In this document: positions 24,710 through 38,019 of the stretch, one piece after another
How positions within the stretch are numbered: the stretch's first letter is position 1
How the letters are laid out: every line of letters starts with the position of its first letter
Source: Eledone cirrhosa
Taxonomy: Eukaryota
Assembly (NCBI GenBank): GCA_964016885.1
Contig: OZ024742.1
Span: 296,360,001 to 296,424,000 of the forward strand
Length of the DNA: 64,000 nucleotides
Direction of reading: 5' to 3'
Notes under the pieces: model-generated
What the model was told of the DNA's origin: nothing
What the model saw: the letters and a program-made list of their open reading frames with translations, nothing else
Databases searched by the model: none
Made by a program: the position numbers and the translations under genes

Positions 24710-25651
24710 CAGTGGTTCTCGTCCTTTTTTTTGCCAACGGCACACCTTGGAACACATGAAAAAATATATATGAAAATATTTGAATTTTACAAAATAAAAA
24801 CTTGGCAAGTCATAGACATCATACACCCGTAGACATAGACTAGTCAGAGACATAGAATGATTCAAACTAAATAAAGAAAAACACAGCTATGAACTTACTT
24901 TATTGCAGTGTTTTCAATTTCATCAGTCAAATAGCTTATTTACATTGTTGAATAGAACTCTCGTTGTGGTTATTATCTTGTCTACACACACACCCACTTA
25001 CTTATAATTCTATGCAGTACCTATCCTCTCACTTACGAAAATGGTAAATAGACGAGGGATTTCCCTCACGTCTATATTGATAAACTATCCAACAAGGATT
25101 CTTCATTACCACACTGGTGACCCCGACGTGATCAGTTGAAATGAAGGCAACGCATTAACATTGTCGTGGGTCACCAATGTAACGCCCACGTCTGGGTCAC
25201 CAATGTGACGGGACCAGTAAAGTGAAATCAGTTATGAGCCAGTGCTCGGCCAACACTATCCTTGTGGCTTCGGCATAGGAGATCAGTGTATTGACATCTG
25301 TGTGATCTCATGGTCCAAAGGCTGTCTGCTGTTTCGTGATACAAAGGCCGTCTGCTGTCTCCGTGGCTTGTCTGAGAAAGTAATACTGCTGCTTACTTAA
25401 ATAGTGTTCTCAACCAGGGAGAGACAACTAGGCCTGGTCCATTATCCGACAGGGGGGCGTAAGGCGTCTTACTACAGTGAGAAATTTGTGGCTGGCTTTT
25501 ATTCATAATTTCCTCAATATTTGGACGAATATGAGACAGAGACACCCACATTTCTTTTTCCGTTGTACGTAATTGCATTTTCTTAGTGTGGCGTTCAAAA
25601 TTTTGCGGCACACTTAGGAAGATCTCGCTGCACACTGGTTGAGAATCACTG
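24710..25651 (-). mobile_element. Non-autonomous hAT (Charlie/Buster-like) DNA transposon
   Basis: TIRs CAGTGGTTCTC / GAGAATCACTG; 8-bp TSD atctagac/atctagat (NTCTAGAN target); transposase C-terminal remnant EMWVSLSHIRPNIEEIMNKSQPQISH on minus strand. Confidence 0.85.
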
Positions 25652-26049
25652 ATCTAGATATACAAAATTATTCATAATTCCCCCTCCCCACAAAAATATG
25701 CTTCTGCAATTGAATGTTCTTTATTGATGTTCACTTTGAAATTCTATCATACTTATATATGAGTATGAGCAGTCTGTTGACTTCACATACTCCAATAAGC
25801 TTTTTTCTCTGACCAAATTTTTATTTTTTTTATTTTTTACTTGTTTTTTCTTTTATATCAAGTCTGGCATTTATTTTATTAATCTGTTTTATGTTGAACT
25901 GAAAAGTTATGGGGCGTAAACACCCACACACATACCCCACACATACACACACCCTCACTCTCTCTCGTTTTCATAAAAAAATATTGTACATTATGTATTG
26001 ATTGCTCTTTTCTTTCATTTGTAACTGCACCTATATATACATATATACA

Positions 26050-26155
<106 letters not shown>

Positions 26156-26205
26156 TATACATATATATATGTATATATATATGTATATATATATGTATAT
26201 ATATA

Positions 26206-26406
26206 TGTAAAGGAAAAGAGTCAGGACCCCAAAGGATGTGCTCTGGCTGTTTTGACAGCTAAATCCGAACGTTCGGATCTAGCTGTCGAACGGCTGGAGC
26301 TCAGCCTTTGGGGTCCTGACTCTTTTCTTATTACCCACTCTACTACCCTAAGTATCAAGTACTCTGGTGCGTTATAGTCCACCTGGTATCTTATCACACC
26401 TTCTTT

Positions 26407-26408
<2 letters not shown>
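26206..26408 (+). mobile_element. Tail + fold-back hairpin element (copy 4, opposite orientation)
   Basis: Hairpin about 26213-26327 centred on ccgaacgttcgg; tail ttacccactctactaccctaagtatcaagtac. Confidence 0.75.
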
Positions 26409-26439
<31 letters not shown>

Positions 26440-26453
<14 letters not shown>

Positions 26454-29400
26454 CGGTAGATGTCTGTCTGTGTGTGTGTATGATTGTTATGCATCTCCAC
26501 ATTTCTCTACCGATTTTGATGACTTTTATTTCCAATGTGCTCCAAATTTACCAGGGCAGGTCAACGCGTAATTATTTTTGCCAAAAATTTCCTGCTTCTA
26601 TGAAAAAGAATCGATAAAACTAAATACATGCTGTAACCTTACACGCTTCATTCCTCTCACTACCCTCAATCTCCTCTGCAACTCTCTTTAAAAGGTTACT
26701 GCCTCCGTCTCCATTACAGTTTAGGTACACACTTACATTTTACATGAAATAACAAATATTCAAAAGCAACAGATGAATTTATAAAACAACAAACGTAACA
26801 ATAACGACGTCTCTATAATTTAACTGTTTTACTCTCTCTGTCGCTCTTCACTCCCTATATGACAACACTGCAGAGAGAGAAACAATATATATGATCAAAT
26901 GGACCATTCCGCATATTCCCCCTCAATAATTTAACTGCTTTACTCTCTCTGTCGCTCTTCGCTCCCTATATGACAACACTGCAGTGGAGCGTTCCGTATT
27001 GACATACGGCTTATCTGGGGCACTTTCAATCGGCTTATTGCAAATAACAACCCGCAAAATAACACTTCATATAACAGATTAATGTTATAGACATATGAAT
27101 CGGAATGTAACCCGTGAACTTTTTCCTGAGCAAAATTATTCGAACAGACATGACCTCATTGCCAGAGTGTTCAGACTGAAACTGGCTAAACTCATGGCTT
27201 TAATAAAAAAGGTCAGGTATTTGGGGCTGTAAAATGTGACATGTTCACCATCGAATGGCAAAAACGAGGGCTGCCATATGCTCACATTTTGATTTGGTTA
27301 GCTGATAAAATCAATTCAAATGCCATAGACAGCTTCATTTCGGCTGAAATGCGTAACCCAGCAACTGACCAGGAATTACATGACATCGTCAAAGCTAACA
27401 TGGTCCGTGTGCGTCACACGTGTCTGAAAGGGGGTTCGTGCAGTAAGGGATACCCCAAAAAATGTGTTGACGAGACTCAGACTGGTGGCGATGGATACCC
27501 CCTGTACAGGCGGAGAAGGCCCGAGAACGGTGGCTTCACCACAACAGTAAAGGGAGGTCAAGTCGACAATAGATGGGTGGTCCCTTACTGCCCGCTTCTC
27601 TTGAAGATGTTCAACGCCCACATCAACGTTGAGTTTTGTAACTCCGTCAAGTCTATAAAATACATATGCAAATATGTAAATAAAGGCTCTGATGAGGTCA
27701 CAGAATACCTGGCGGCGCGGTACATCAGTAGCAACGAAGTTTTTTGGCGCCTATTTGGTTTACCGCTACACCAACGGCACCCCGCCATTGTACAGCTTAC
27801 GGTACATTTGGAAAAGAGGCAAAGGGTTTACTTTACGGACCAAACCGCCGCCAAGCTGGCCACTGATCCGAAATAGATCACTCTGACAGGTTTCTTCAAA
27901 CTTTGCCAGTTCGATACATTTGCGCAAACAATTGTGTACTTCCAGGTTCCATCCTACTTTATATGGTCGAAAAACACTTAGGTGCGAAGAAAGTCAGGTC
28001 AGGCTGTTAAAAGACATCCTGGTGTAAAATTTGACAGCTGTCTTGGAAGGGTTTACACTGTGCCCCCAAGTCATCATGAACGCTTTCATCTCCGCCTTCT
28101 TCTGCATGAAGTTGTAGGCCCACACAGTTTTCAGGACCTCAAAAGTGTTGATGGAGAAATATGTGATACGTACCGGGAAGCCTGCTTTAAGCGTGGTCTT
28201 TTGGAAGATGATTCGCAATGGAATTCCACTTTAGCAGAGGGTGCTTTGTTGAAATCACCTTAAGGTCTACGGGAACTCTTTGCCATTTAGCTTCAAAAGT
28301 GTGAATTGGGTGATCCCAAATATTTATGGGTCAAGTACAGAGACTTCATGTCTGAGGATTTCCTGCGCCTGGCTCATCTGCAGTATCCTTCAGTGGAAGT
28401 TGCTTACAGCGGCATTATCTACAACAGGGCACTCATTGATATCGAGGACGCCCTCCTCGACATGGGTGGGAGTGAGTTGGCGACGTATGGCTTGCCGTCA
28501 ACCGTCATAGATGAAGCTAACACGTTGGCCCCGGATTTGTTGCGGGAAACATCATATGACATCGAATCTCTTTCCCAATACTTAGAGGAAAATGAGCCCA
28601 AACGTCTGTCGGACCAAATGTTGGCCTATTTAACTATCATTGACGCGGTTCAAAACCAGACTGGGGGTATTTACTTTCTCGATGATCCTGGGGGTACCGG
28701 AAATACTTTTGTAACAAAATTGATTCCCGCTAAGATTCGTCAGGTGAAACAAAATTGCGTTGGCCGTTGCATCGTCCGGGATCGCTGCTACTTTGCTGCC
28801 GAGAGGCAGGACAGCACATTCAACCTTTAAACTCCCCTTGGATTTAGTAAAAACTGAGACATGCAATATCAGCAAGAGTTCACACGAAGCTCTGGTTCTC
28901 AAAAAATGTTGCCTCATTGTTTGGGATGAGTGCACAATGACACACAAGGGTGCCCTTGAGGCATTGGACAGGACCCTGAAAGACATTAGGCATTCTACGG
29001 CTCCTATGGGTGGCGTAACCCTTCTGCTATCAGGGGATTTTCGTCAAACGCTGCCTGTCATCCCCAAAGGAACAAGAGCTGATGAAGTGCGTGCCTGCCT
29101 TAAGTCGTCCATGTTGTGGCCCCAGGTGAATACGTTTTACCTGAGCACAAATATGCGTGCTCATTTACATGGTGACAACATGTCTGCAGCATTTGCTCAG
29201 AACATTTTAGCACTTCGTGAGGGCAAGGTCCCTGCGGATGACAAGGGCAGCATAGCAATCGACTCCCTGTGCAACATTGTGAGCAGCCCTTCTGACCTTT
29301 GGTAGGCAGTTTTTCCTAATGTCTCATCTAATTTTAAAAACTTCGATTGGCTCAGCGAAAGAGCCATCGTTGCTGCTCCGAAAAATACCATGGTTAATTT

Positions 29401-30245
29401 TATTAACGAGCAGCTGATTGACAGAATTCCCGGTAAAGAGCACATCTTCAAATCTATCGACCGGACGTCAGAACCCGACGATATCGTTAATTATCCGGTT
29501 GAGTTATTAAATTCCCTTGAGCCTCCAGGGCTCCCACCTCACATTAAGGCTGGCTGTCTCATTATGCTAATAAGGAACTTGTGCCCACCAAAGCAGTGCA
29601 ACGGTACTCGCATGGTCGTCAAGTTAATGACGTCCCACTTGATTGAGGCCACCATTGTAACGGGGTGCGGGAGAGGGGAGAATGTTTTCATTCCAAGGAT
29701 GAACCTTTTCCCCTCGGCGTCAGATATCCCGTCGATTTCCGGCGATCCCAATTCCCGATGAGACCATGTTTTGCCATGTCGATTAACAAGTCACAAGGGC
29801 AAACATTGTCGGTGGCGGGCATCCATGGTCAACTTTGTGTTGCCTGTTCCCACGTAGGGAGCAGGAATGCATTTTTTGCTTACACTCCTCAAGGGATGAC
29901 ACGCAATATCATCTAGAAAGAGGTGATATAGATGTTGGTGCAGGTGTTGGAGGTGTTGGAGCTATGCCGTCTGGAAAACGGCAAGGTCACCCATGGCGGA
30001 CAGATCTGACACCCAGCAGCATCAGGGCCAACATCTTACAACTTTGGTCTGCTAAATTCGCTATTGGAAGATTATTAACCCAACATTGATTGTCCAAAAT
30101 GCTAATTGGTTCGTAACTTTTAATAACCGGTTCACCTGCTTTATGCACTTAATTGATAAGATCATTCGCTTTGAAGCCATGTTTACCTGTATGTAACTTT
30201 TCATAGCAAATGAACAAACCCTAGTAACGCCGGGCTAAACTGCTA

Positions 30246-30246
<1 letters not shown>
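26440..30246 (+). mobile_element. Helitron, internally deleted and decayed
   Basis: 5' (TA)n-aacggtagatgtctgtctgtgtgtg (exact start hidden in TA tract); 3' ccctagtaacgccgggctaaactgCTAG|t; Rep/Hel remnants inside. Confidence 0.9.
27140..29916 (+). pseudogene. Helitron Rep (HUH) + PIF1-family helicase, multiple stops and frameshifts
   Basis: EWQKRGLPYAHILIW, KYICKYVNKG, PGGTGNTF (decayed Walker A), IVWDEC, GDFRQTLPV, CNGTR, FAMSINKSQGQTL, HGQLCVACS. Confidence 0.92.
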
Positions 30247-30330
<84 letters not shown>

Positions 30331-30351
30331 TATATTATATATATATTATAT

Positions 30352-30418
<67 letters not shown>

Positions 30419-30440
30419 TATATTATATTATATTATATAT

Positions 30441-30848
30441 AGTACTGTAATTCTCGCTTTATATCACCACTTGTGTTTAGTTTTAGTTTTTGCATTGTAC
30501 TATATTTGTAATATGGTTCAAAATGTTATTCACTTCCTTAGCAATTTTTACTTGATAATTTTTACTTGATAATTTTCCTATGCTTTAATGTATGTATACT
30601 CCATATTCTTCTGAGTTTTTGGCTTGTATTGGCCGATAGTGCTTCTTATAGCTTTACTTGCCCTGATGAGTCCTTAATAGGACGAAACATTGTTGGCTAA
30701 TAAAGACTTTTGATGTATTGAAGGCTTCTTTGGTTTATTTTCATAATTCTTCGGCTCTGTTTAATTACATTGAGCTATACCTTTACTGCCATTTCTATAA
30801 TATGAAGAGGGTGTTTAACTCCAACACACTCTAGTATTTTAATTCTTA
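30441..30848 (+). mobile_element. PLE pLTR-like remnant with hammerhead, inside (TA)n
   Basis: Non-coding ~400 bp flanked by TA tracts; hammerhead at 30652-30705 overlapping AATAAA. Confidence 0.65.
30652..30705 (+). ncRNA. Minimal type I hammerhead ribozyme
   Basis: cttta-ctt-GCC CTGATGA GTCC ttaata GGAC GAAAC att GTT GGC-taa-taaag. Confidence 0.8.
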
Positions 30849-30864
30849 TATATATATATATATA

Positions 30865-31695
30865 TCATAATCATCATCATCGTTTAACGTCCATCTTCTA
30901 CGCTTGCATGGGTTTGGACGGGAATTTTCCCACTTGAGGCAAGATTGGTTGACTTGCTCGTTTAGGACTGTCTGGCGGGTTTTCTACGGCTGGATGCCCT
31001 TCCTAACACCAACCACGTTTACAGTGTGGACTGGGAGGTTTTTACCGCGTTACCTACACGGCCACATTACAGCGGAGACTGTGTGTTTTTTGTCGTGACA
31101 CCTACATGATCTCATTTGTTTCGGACTGGATGTTGTGTTACCAACATAAGCTTACATTGAAAGGGGTGGTGTGGATGGGGTGGGGGTAGTCGGACGGGGG
31201 TGTATTTTTGTTAGAGGTGCCTACTGACTGTAGGTTTCGCTTTGTACTTAGGCAAGGAGGGTCTTCTGTATTACTGTGTAGCGCCAAAGATCTCGGTCCA
31301 GTGACATTGTCTTGGAGAGGTGTAAGTGTGTGAGGTCGGAATTTATCAAGTCGTCCCAGGTTTTTCTGGGTCTGCCTACTCCGTGGCTACCATCTATTTT
31401 ATCGCCCTACTTCTCTCGAGTAAACAACATCTGATCCCTCTTATTCCTGATTTTGTCACCCAGGTAACGGAAGCTGTCCACTATTTCTATAGAACCCTCT
31501 GCGCAGTTGAAAGAGCTAGTATTTTGTGGGCACTTGCTGCTACTTATTGCACCAGAGCACCGGCCACATATAAAATCTATATTCTTAGTTAGCTTACCTG
31601 TGATCCCACTACATCTTTTATGCACCCATACTTTGCATTTGGGACATAAAATGGAGTTTCTGCCTACTCCTTTCCTACACACTGAGCATGGCCAT
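30865..31695 (-). mobile_element. RTE (PHD-insert family) 3' fragment with internal deletions
   Basis: CRKGVGRNSILCPKCKVWVHKRCSG..FRYLGD; 3'UTR and (GAT)n tail. Confidence 0.88.
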
Positions 31696-32050
31696 TATAT
31701 ATATATATACACACACACATATACCCACACACCCATATATACACATACATATATACACACATACACATATATACACATATATACACACACATGCATATGC
31801 ATATATATACACACAACCTGATCTCAGTTTGACAATCGCCACCGACGAATGCGAGACAGTTCTCCAACAAAGTTAACCAGGAATCTTTAAACTTCTTCCA
31901 ACCGAAGTTAACAAAGAACTTACTAGATCTATCAATAATATTATAATATTATAAAATTAAATCAAATTATTTAACACTACAAGTGAAGTCATTCTTTTCC
32001 TTTTTTTCAAATATACTTAACTGTACCTAGGATCTCACACATTTTAAAAT

Positions 32051-33676
32051 CATCATCATCATCATCATCGTCGTTTAACGTCTATCTTCCATGCTAGCAT
32101 GGGTTTAGACGGAAATTGTGCCACGTGAGGCAAGATAGGTTGTCTTGCTCGCATAGGACTGTCTGGCAGGTTTTCTACGGCTGGATGCCCTTCCTAACAC
32201 CAACCACGTTTACAGTGTGGACTGGGAGGTTTTTACCGTGTTACCTACACGGCCAGATTACAGCCTGGACTGTGTGTGTTTTTTGTCGTGACACCTACAC
32301 GACCTCATTTATTTAGGACTGGATGTTGTGGCACCAGCATAACTTTAGGTGTAGATGGGAGTGGGGGTGAGGGTAGTGGGGTGGGGGTGTATTTTTGGTT
32401 AGGAGGAGCCTACTGACTGTAAGTTTTGCTTTGTACTTAGGCAAGGTGGGTCTTCTGTATTACTGCGTAGCACCAAAGATCTCGGTCCTGTGACCTTGTC
32501 TTCGAGAGGATAAGTGTGTAAGGTCAGAATTTATCAAATAGTCCCAGGTTTTTCTGGGTCTACCTACTCCGTAGCTTGCGTCTGTTTTAATCGCCCTGCA
32601 CTTTTTTTATACAGCTGTCGTCTTTCATGCGTATCACGTGACCATACCAACGTAGTCTTCTCTCGAGTAAACACCATCTGATCCCTCTTATTCCTAATTT
32701 CTCACTTAGTTCATTTATGCTTTGCCGTTCACGTATATTACTATTACACATCCAGCGGAGCATGCAAGCTTCGTTTCTCTCCAGTCTGCGTATATCCTCT
32801 ACACACAATGCCCAGGTCTCACTGCCATGTAACATTGCTGTTCGTATGCAGGCATCATACAATCTGCCTTTCATTTTTAAGGAGAAACCTTTAGTGGCAA
32901 ATAGTGGTATAAGCTCTCTGAACTTTTTCCATCCCGTTCTACTGTACTTTCAGAGCACCCACCACCACTGCTGATTTTGTCACCCAGGTAACGGAAGGTG
33001 TCTACTATTTCTATAGAACCATCTCGGCAATAGAAGGAGCTAGTATCCTGTGGGCACTTGCTACTACTTATTGCACCTGAGCACTGGCCACATATAAAAT
33101 CTATGTTCTTGGTTAGTTTACCTGTGATCTCACTACATCTTTTATGCACCCATACTCTGCATTTGGGACATAAAATGGAGTTTCTGCCTACTCCTTTCCT
33201 ACACACTGAGCATGGCCATTTCCCAGAGTGGACCAGTGCCCTGTTTTCCTTCCTACATACTACAACTTTAGTCTTAGACAAGTTAATTTTAAGGCCTTTT
33301 GATTCTAGGCCATGCTTCCAAGTTTGCAATTTCTTCTCTAGTTCAGCTTTGATTCAGCTATGAGCGTTAGATCATCTGCGTATAGAAGTTCCTATGGGCA
33401 GCCGGTCTTGAACTCCTCTGTTATAGCCTGAAGGGCAATATTAAATAGGAGGGGTCTAAGGACAGAGCCCTGATGAACACCGACTTTTACGCTAAATTCT
33501 TCACTATATTCGTTGTTAATTCTAACGTTGCTGACTGTTTCTTTATACATGGCTTGTATAGCTCTCACTAGTGGGCTCTTAGAAAACAATACCTAGTTTT
33601 CTAAGAGCCCACCAGATAATGGAGCGGGGGACTCTGTCAAAGGCTTTCTCCAACTCAACAAAAGCTAAGTATAGCA
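32051..33676 (-). mobile_element. RTE (PHD-insert family) LINE, 5'-truncated
   Basis: GVHQGSVL, LLYADD, GKWPCSVCRKGVG, FRYLGD, RRLRWYGHV; (GAT)n tail. Confidence 0.9.
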
Positions 33677-33706
33677 ATATATATACATATATATATATAT
33701 ATATAC

Positions 33707-33838
33707 ATTTCTCCTGAATGAAACAGTTCTAGTCCTGAAGAAGGCTTTTCTATATTAAATATTTATACTCTGCTTTGTATTGAGTACCTTACTTACTGTG
33801 GTTACCCCTGATTGAACCAGGGATAAAATTATCTTATA
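33707..33838 (+). mobile_element. Short pLTR-like tail with possible hammerhead 3' half, inside (TA)n
   Basis: GAAAC-agttcta-GTC, then a tail containing gtattgagtac shared with the fold-back family. Confidence 0.4.
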
Positions 33839-33845
33839 TATATAT

Positions 33846-34182
33846 GGAGGCACATGGCTTAATGGTTAAAGCATTGGCCTTGCAATCGAAAGGTTGTGAG
33901 TTCAATTCTCAGACCGGGTGATGTGTTGTTTCCTTGAGCAAGACACTTTATTTCACATTGCTCCAGTTTACTCAGCTGTAGAAATGAGATGATAGGGACT
34001 GGAGTCCCTATCATTCCACTGCAAAATGGTCGTGGAGGTGCCACGGCAAAAAAAGCACCCAGCACTCACTGTAAATGAGGTTTGTGTTAGGAAGGGCATC
34101 CAGCTGTAGAAATCAAGCCAGCATCAGTTCCCGTCCCACCCTTGCAAGCAGGGAAAAAGCGGACGTAAAATGAAATGATGAT
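33846..34182 (+). mobile_element. SINE family 1
   Basis: Near-identical to 3305-3674. Confidence 0.9.
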
Positions 34183-34941
34183 ATATTATAAGCATATATT
34201 TCCCTACAGTTAAGCTTCTATCATTTCGATAGTAAATGAGAAATAAATCTATGTGAACAAATTTGGTTCAAATTGATTTCTTCAGGTGTATCATTATTGA
34301 TTGATTGTAAGCAGAAAGGGAGTCTGTGATGAGATGACTCAGTAAGGAGAAGAAAAATATATATGGGGACCTGATCAAAAGTTACATTCAAATACATGGT
34401 GAGAATGACTTGGAAAGGAATTGAGACGGGCAATGGGTCATTAAATGAGTGGTTTGACCATCTATTTAGTTGTAGGTAAATTTCACATGGTACATGGCTT
34501 ATTGATTAAATAATAGGTTCACAATCAGGAAGTCCAAGTTTGATCGCTGGACTGAATTATGCATTATGTCCTCTTTTTCTTCGATTCCTGTAAGGATTGT
34601 GGGTGCAGGGTCCTTAAGATGCTTTTCCAGTGGATCCAGTCAGAAGCAACCATCTCCCAAGCACAATAAGCCAAACTCATGGATGTTATCCAAGTATCTT
34701 TTTCAGATTGATACAGGAGTCAGGTCTATAGCATCCATATGGACCTTGAACCAATCATCTGTGAAGCCTATGTTCATCCGACATAGTGATTCTGTGACAT
34801 TAAAAACATACTTATATTATTGGAGATAGAGAACATCTTGAGAAAAACATCTGAGCTTCACTGTTATATATATATATAGCATTGAAAATGGACATTAAAC
34901 TTTGATGATGATGATGATGATATATATATATATATATATAG

Positions 34942-35881
34942 TCCTATACGAGCGAGACACGGTCACCCAACCAATCTTGCCTCAAGTGGAACAACTCCCG
35001 TCTAACCCATGCTAATGTGGAAGATAGATGTTAAACGATGATGATGATGATACCAAAATACTGGCGTAGCAGCATCATCATTAACTGCTACAAGGGTAAA
35101 GGGGATGCTCAAGATAGGGGAAACTATAGAGGCATTAAGTTAGTTGACCAGGTCATGAAAGAGTTATAGCGCAACTAATCAGAGAGCGAATTGATCTAGA
35201 TGAAATGCAGTTTGGGTTTGTGTAAAAAGTACCACAGATGCTCTTTTCCTTGTACGACAACTACAGGAGAAGAACCTAGCTAAAAGTAAACCCCTATACT
35301 TAGCTTTTGTAGACCTGGAGAAAGCCTTTGACAGAGTGCCCCGCTCCATTATCTGGTGGGCTCTTAGAAAACTAGGTGTAGATGAATGGCTTGGGAGAGC
35401 TATACAAGCCATGTATAAAGAAACAGTCAGAACAATGAAAAAGAGGGATCAGATGCTGTTTACTTGAGAGGAGACTATGTTGGTATGGTCACGTGATGCG
35501 CATGAAAGACGACAGCTGTGTAAAAAAGTGCAGGGTGATCAAAATTGATGGAAGTTACGGAGTATGTAGATCCAGAAAAACCTGGGACGATTTGATAAAT
35601 TCTGACCTTACACACTTGCACCTCTCTAAGACAATGTCACTAGACCGAGATGTAGGTGTCATGACAAAAACAAAACAAAAACACACAGTCCACGCTGTAA
35701 TGTGGCCTTGTAGGTAACAAGGTAAAAAGTTCCCAGTCTACACTGTAAATGTGGTTGGTGTTAGGAAGGGCATCCAGTCGTAGAAAACCCGCCGGATAGT
35801 CCTATACGAGCAAGACACGGTCACCCGACCAACCTAGTGTGGAAGATAGATATTAAACGATGATGATGATGATGATGATGA

Positions 35882-35883
<2 letters not shown>
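34942..35883 (+). mobile_element. RTE (PHD-insert family) fragments with large internal deletions
   Basis: Matches 54997-56927 in blocks (YLAFVDLEKAFDRVPR; MRMKDDSCVKKC); (GAT)n tails. Confidence 0.85.
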
Positions 35884-35956
<73 letters not shown>

Positions 35957-36173
35957 CGGTATTTACGTATCGAGAAAGAGAAAAAAGGGGAGGATAGGTG
36001 ATACATATAGTTATTTGCCAAGTAGCGTATGCCAAAGGTGCTCGATACTAGTGCCGGCAGTATTAAATATTCGAAGTGTTAATATTTAGTGGGCTAGAGA
36101 GTTAGCAGAGCGTAAGCACGTTGGAAAGTAAAAAATCGGAGAATAGACCGTTAAAACATGTTTATTTAAAACA

Positions 36174-36213
36174 GCACCTACGTACGTTTCGCCCAGTTGG
36201 GCTTCTCAAGGGC
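36174..36213 (-). ncRNA. Minimal hammerhead ribozyme, U3-A8 core variant
   Basis: Minus strand gccc TTGAGAA GCCCA ac TGGGC GAAAC gtac GTA ggtgc, then ttttaAATAAA. Confidence 0.7.
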
Positions 36214-36521
36214 ATAAATAATCAAAAGTGTTCCTTATATTGCTCGGAAAGAGTTTTGGGGGTTAAATCCACATCAAGGTTCATTGCTCGCAAAAATAGC
36301 TTGTGTTGATTTTGCAGCAGGTCAAGGGAGGTAACTCTGGCCGGTGTTAGGGCAGTCATTCCCGGACAATTTTTTTTTTTTTTTTTTTGCCGCATCTGTT
36401 TGTCTGAGGCTGGGTCTGGTAAGGATTGTTTCTTGGGTGTTATTTTGCAGCGCCTGCCCGCCGGGGTGTTAAGACTTGTTGCAGGGAGATCCGGTGTACG
36501 GTTTCACTCCTCATTCTTAAC

Positions 36522-37523
36522 TCATCTGAAGAACGATATTTTTAAGCGATGTGTACAACTTATCGCTGTTTCAGCTCTGCTATTGATGAGCTCGTGGGGT
36601 GCAGTTATGATGTGGTAGAGCTCCATGAGGCAAAGATCGCATTTCGTCTTGAAGTTGTACGGTGCAGCCCTACCGACAATCTCCCAGTGCATGGAGAAGC
36701 TGATGTTTAAGTCCTTTAGTGATGTGATGTAGTCCGCGAGCGAAGTGGAGTGCCTTAGTTTTCTATTTGTGAAAGAGTGGAGATGTGTTCTAAACCTAAT
36801 TTTGAACGGGCCGGAGGTAGCCCCTATATAATGTTTAACGCTATTGTGGCTAGTAATAGTGCATCTATATATAACCCTATCAGTCAAGCAGTATCCTCTA
36901 AGGGGGCAGCGTCCTCTGTCGCGGCAGTTGCAATTTCTGTCGCGGTTCCGTCTATTTCCCACGGTAAGGCTATCATTGTTGCTGCCTACGTTGTTACCTA
37001 CGCTACCGCAGCTGTCGTTAGCACCATTACAACCCACAGCACGCGGGGTGGTGCGATTGTTATTCCGCACGTCATGTCCTGCATGTTCCCCAGTTATTTC
37101 GCGGTTATGCTGGTTGCGTCTGCAGATGCCGTTGTCAACACTATTGGATGCTGCCAGGGAGTTGTTGAGGCCGATATAGTTATTGTCAGGTGTAGGTGCG
37201 TCTGTGTCGAGGTGCTGTGTCTTGGTGATCTTACTGTGGTTCGTTGTTCCTACGATGTCTGCTAGGTTAGGAGTAGTAGAGAAGGATATTTTTATATTGT
37301 TCCTGTTAAGAATTTTTCTATACCTATGGTTGGGCGGGAAGTTCTTCTCTAAGGCTTCGAAAACATCCGGGGTATGTTGGCGGCCACACTCCGAGGGGGG
37401 GTGGAACCATAGGACGTTACGGTGGCGATTACGTGTCCTTGTACTTTTGCTACGGGTGGTTCCATCTAGGTGACCGCTCTTATGTGTGTTAATGCGCAGT
37501 CGCCCGTTCGGTGCCCCTTTCAC
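36522..37523 (-). CDS. Partial PLE ORF: linker + GIY-YIG endonuclease
   Basis: RHRNVLWFHPP, KNFPPNHRYRKILNRNNIKISFS, CNCRDRGRCPLRGYCL, VIY..HYIGATSGPFKIRFRTH, CDLCLME, LINSRAE..CTH. Confidence 0.85.
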   Translation of the reverse strand: MKGAPNGRLRINTHKSGHLDGTTRSKSTRTRNRHRNVLWFHPPSECGRQHTPDVFEALEKNFPPNHRYRKILNRNNIKISFSTTPNLADIVGTTNHSKITKTQHLDTDAPTPDNNYIGLNNSLAASNSVDNGICRRNQHNREITGEHAGHDVRNNNRTTPRAVGCNGANDSCGSVGNNVGSNNDSLTVGNRRNRDRNCNCRDRGRCPLRGYCLTDRVIYRCTITSHNSVKHYIGATSGPFKIRFRTHLHSFTNRKLRHSTSLADYITSLKDLNISFSMHWEIVGRAAPYNFKTKCDLCLMELYHIITAPHELINSRAETAISCTHRLKISFFR

Positions 37524-38019
37524 TTTATGCTCGGGTGCACTCTTCCTACCTCTTCCATGTTTATGTACACGAAGATGTTGGTTGGAAGGCGTTGGTAGTA
37601 GGCCGTCGCCTTTGTTAGTTTTGTAATAGGGGAATAGTTTTGTAATAGGGGAACAGTGTTCACCGTCGCCGGGGTTGTGATCTTTAGTGCAGTTATCTAT
37701 TTATATACATACATATATATACGAAATGTTCACACAAGGTAGAAGGCAATCTATTCACTTCTAGCTGTTCCTTGGTCTTATAATTGATACAATAGACAAA
37801 TTGACACCTAAATATTAATTAAAATAAATGTTTAGATAAGAACATTATACAGGAGTGAACATTTTCCTCTTACAGCAATATGTTTCATCTTACATCATTT
37901 AATTATGCTGTAACCATAACAATATTTTTATACATTAACTTTGAAATTCTATAAAATGGTAGTTATTAATTATTTAGACAAGATAAACAAAAGTATAGAT
38001 TATGATAAATGTGCTGAAG

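Larger units (their letters stand above)
35955..37700 (-). mobile_element. Penelope-like (Naiad-like) element, 5'-truncated
   Basis: GIY-YIG ORF 36522-37523, hammerhead 36174-36213, AATAAA; (TA)n flanks. Confidence 0.85.

Noticed and set aside
37870-37915. Possible hammerhead (GAAAC-atat on minus strand)
   Set aside because: No CUGANGA-like core and no NUH triplet in register.
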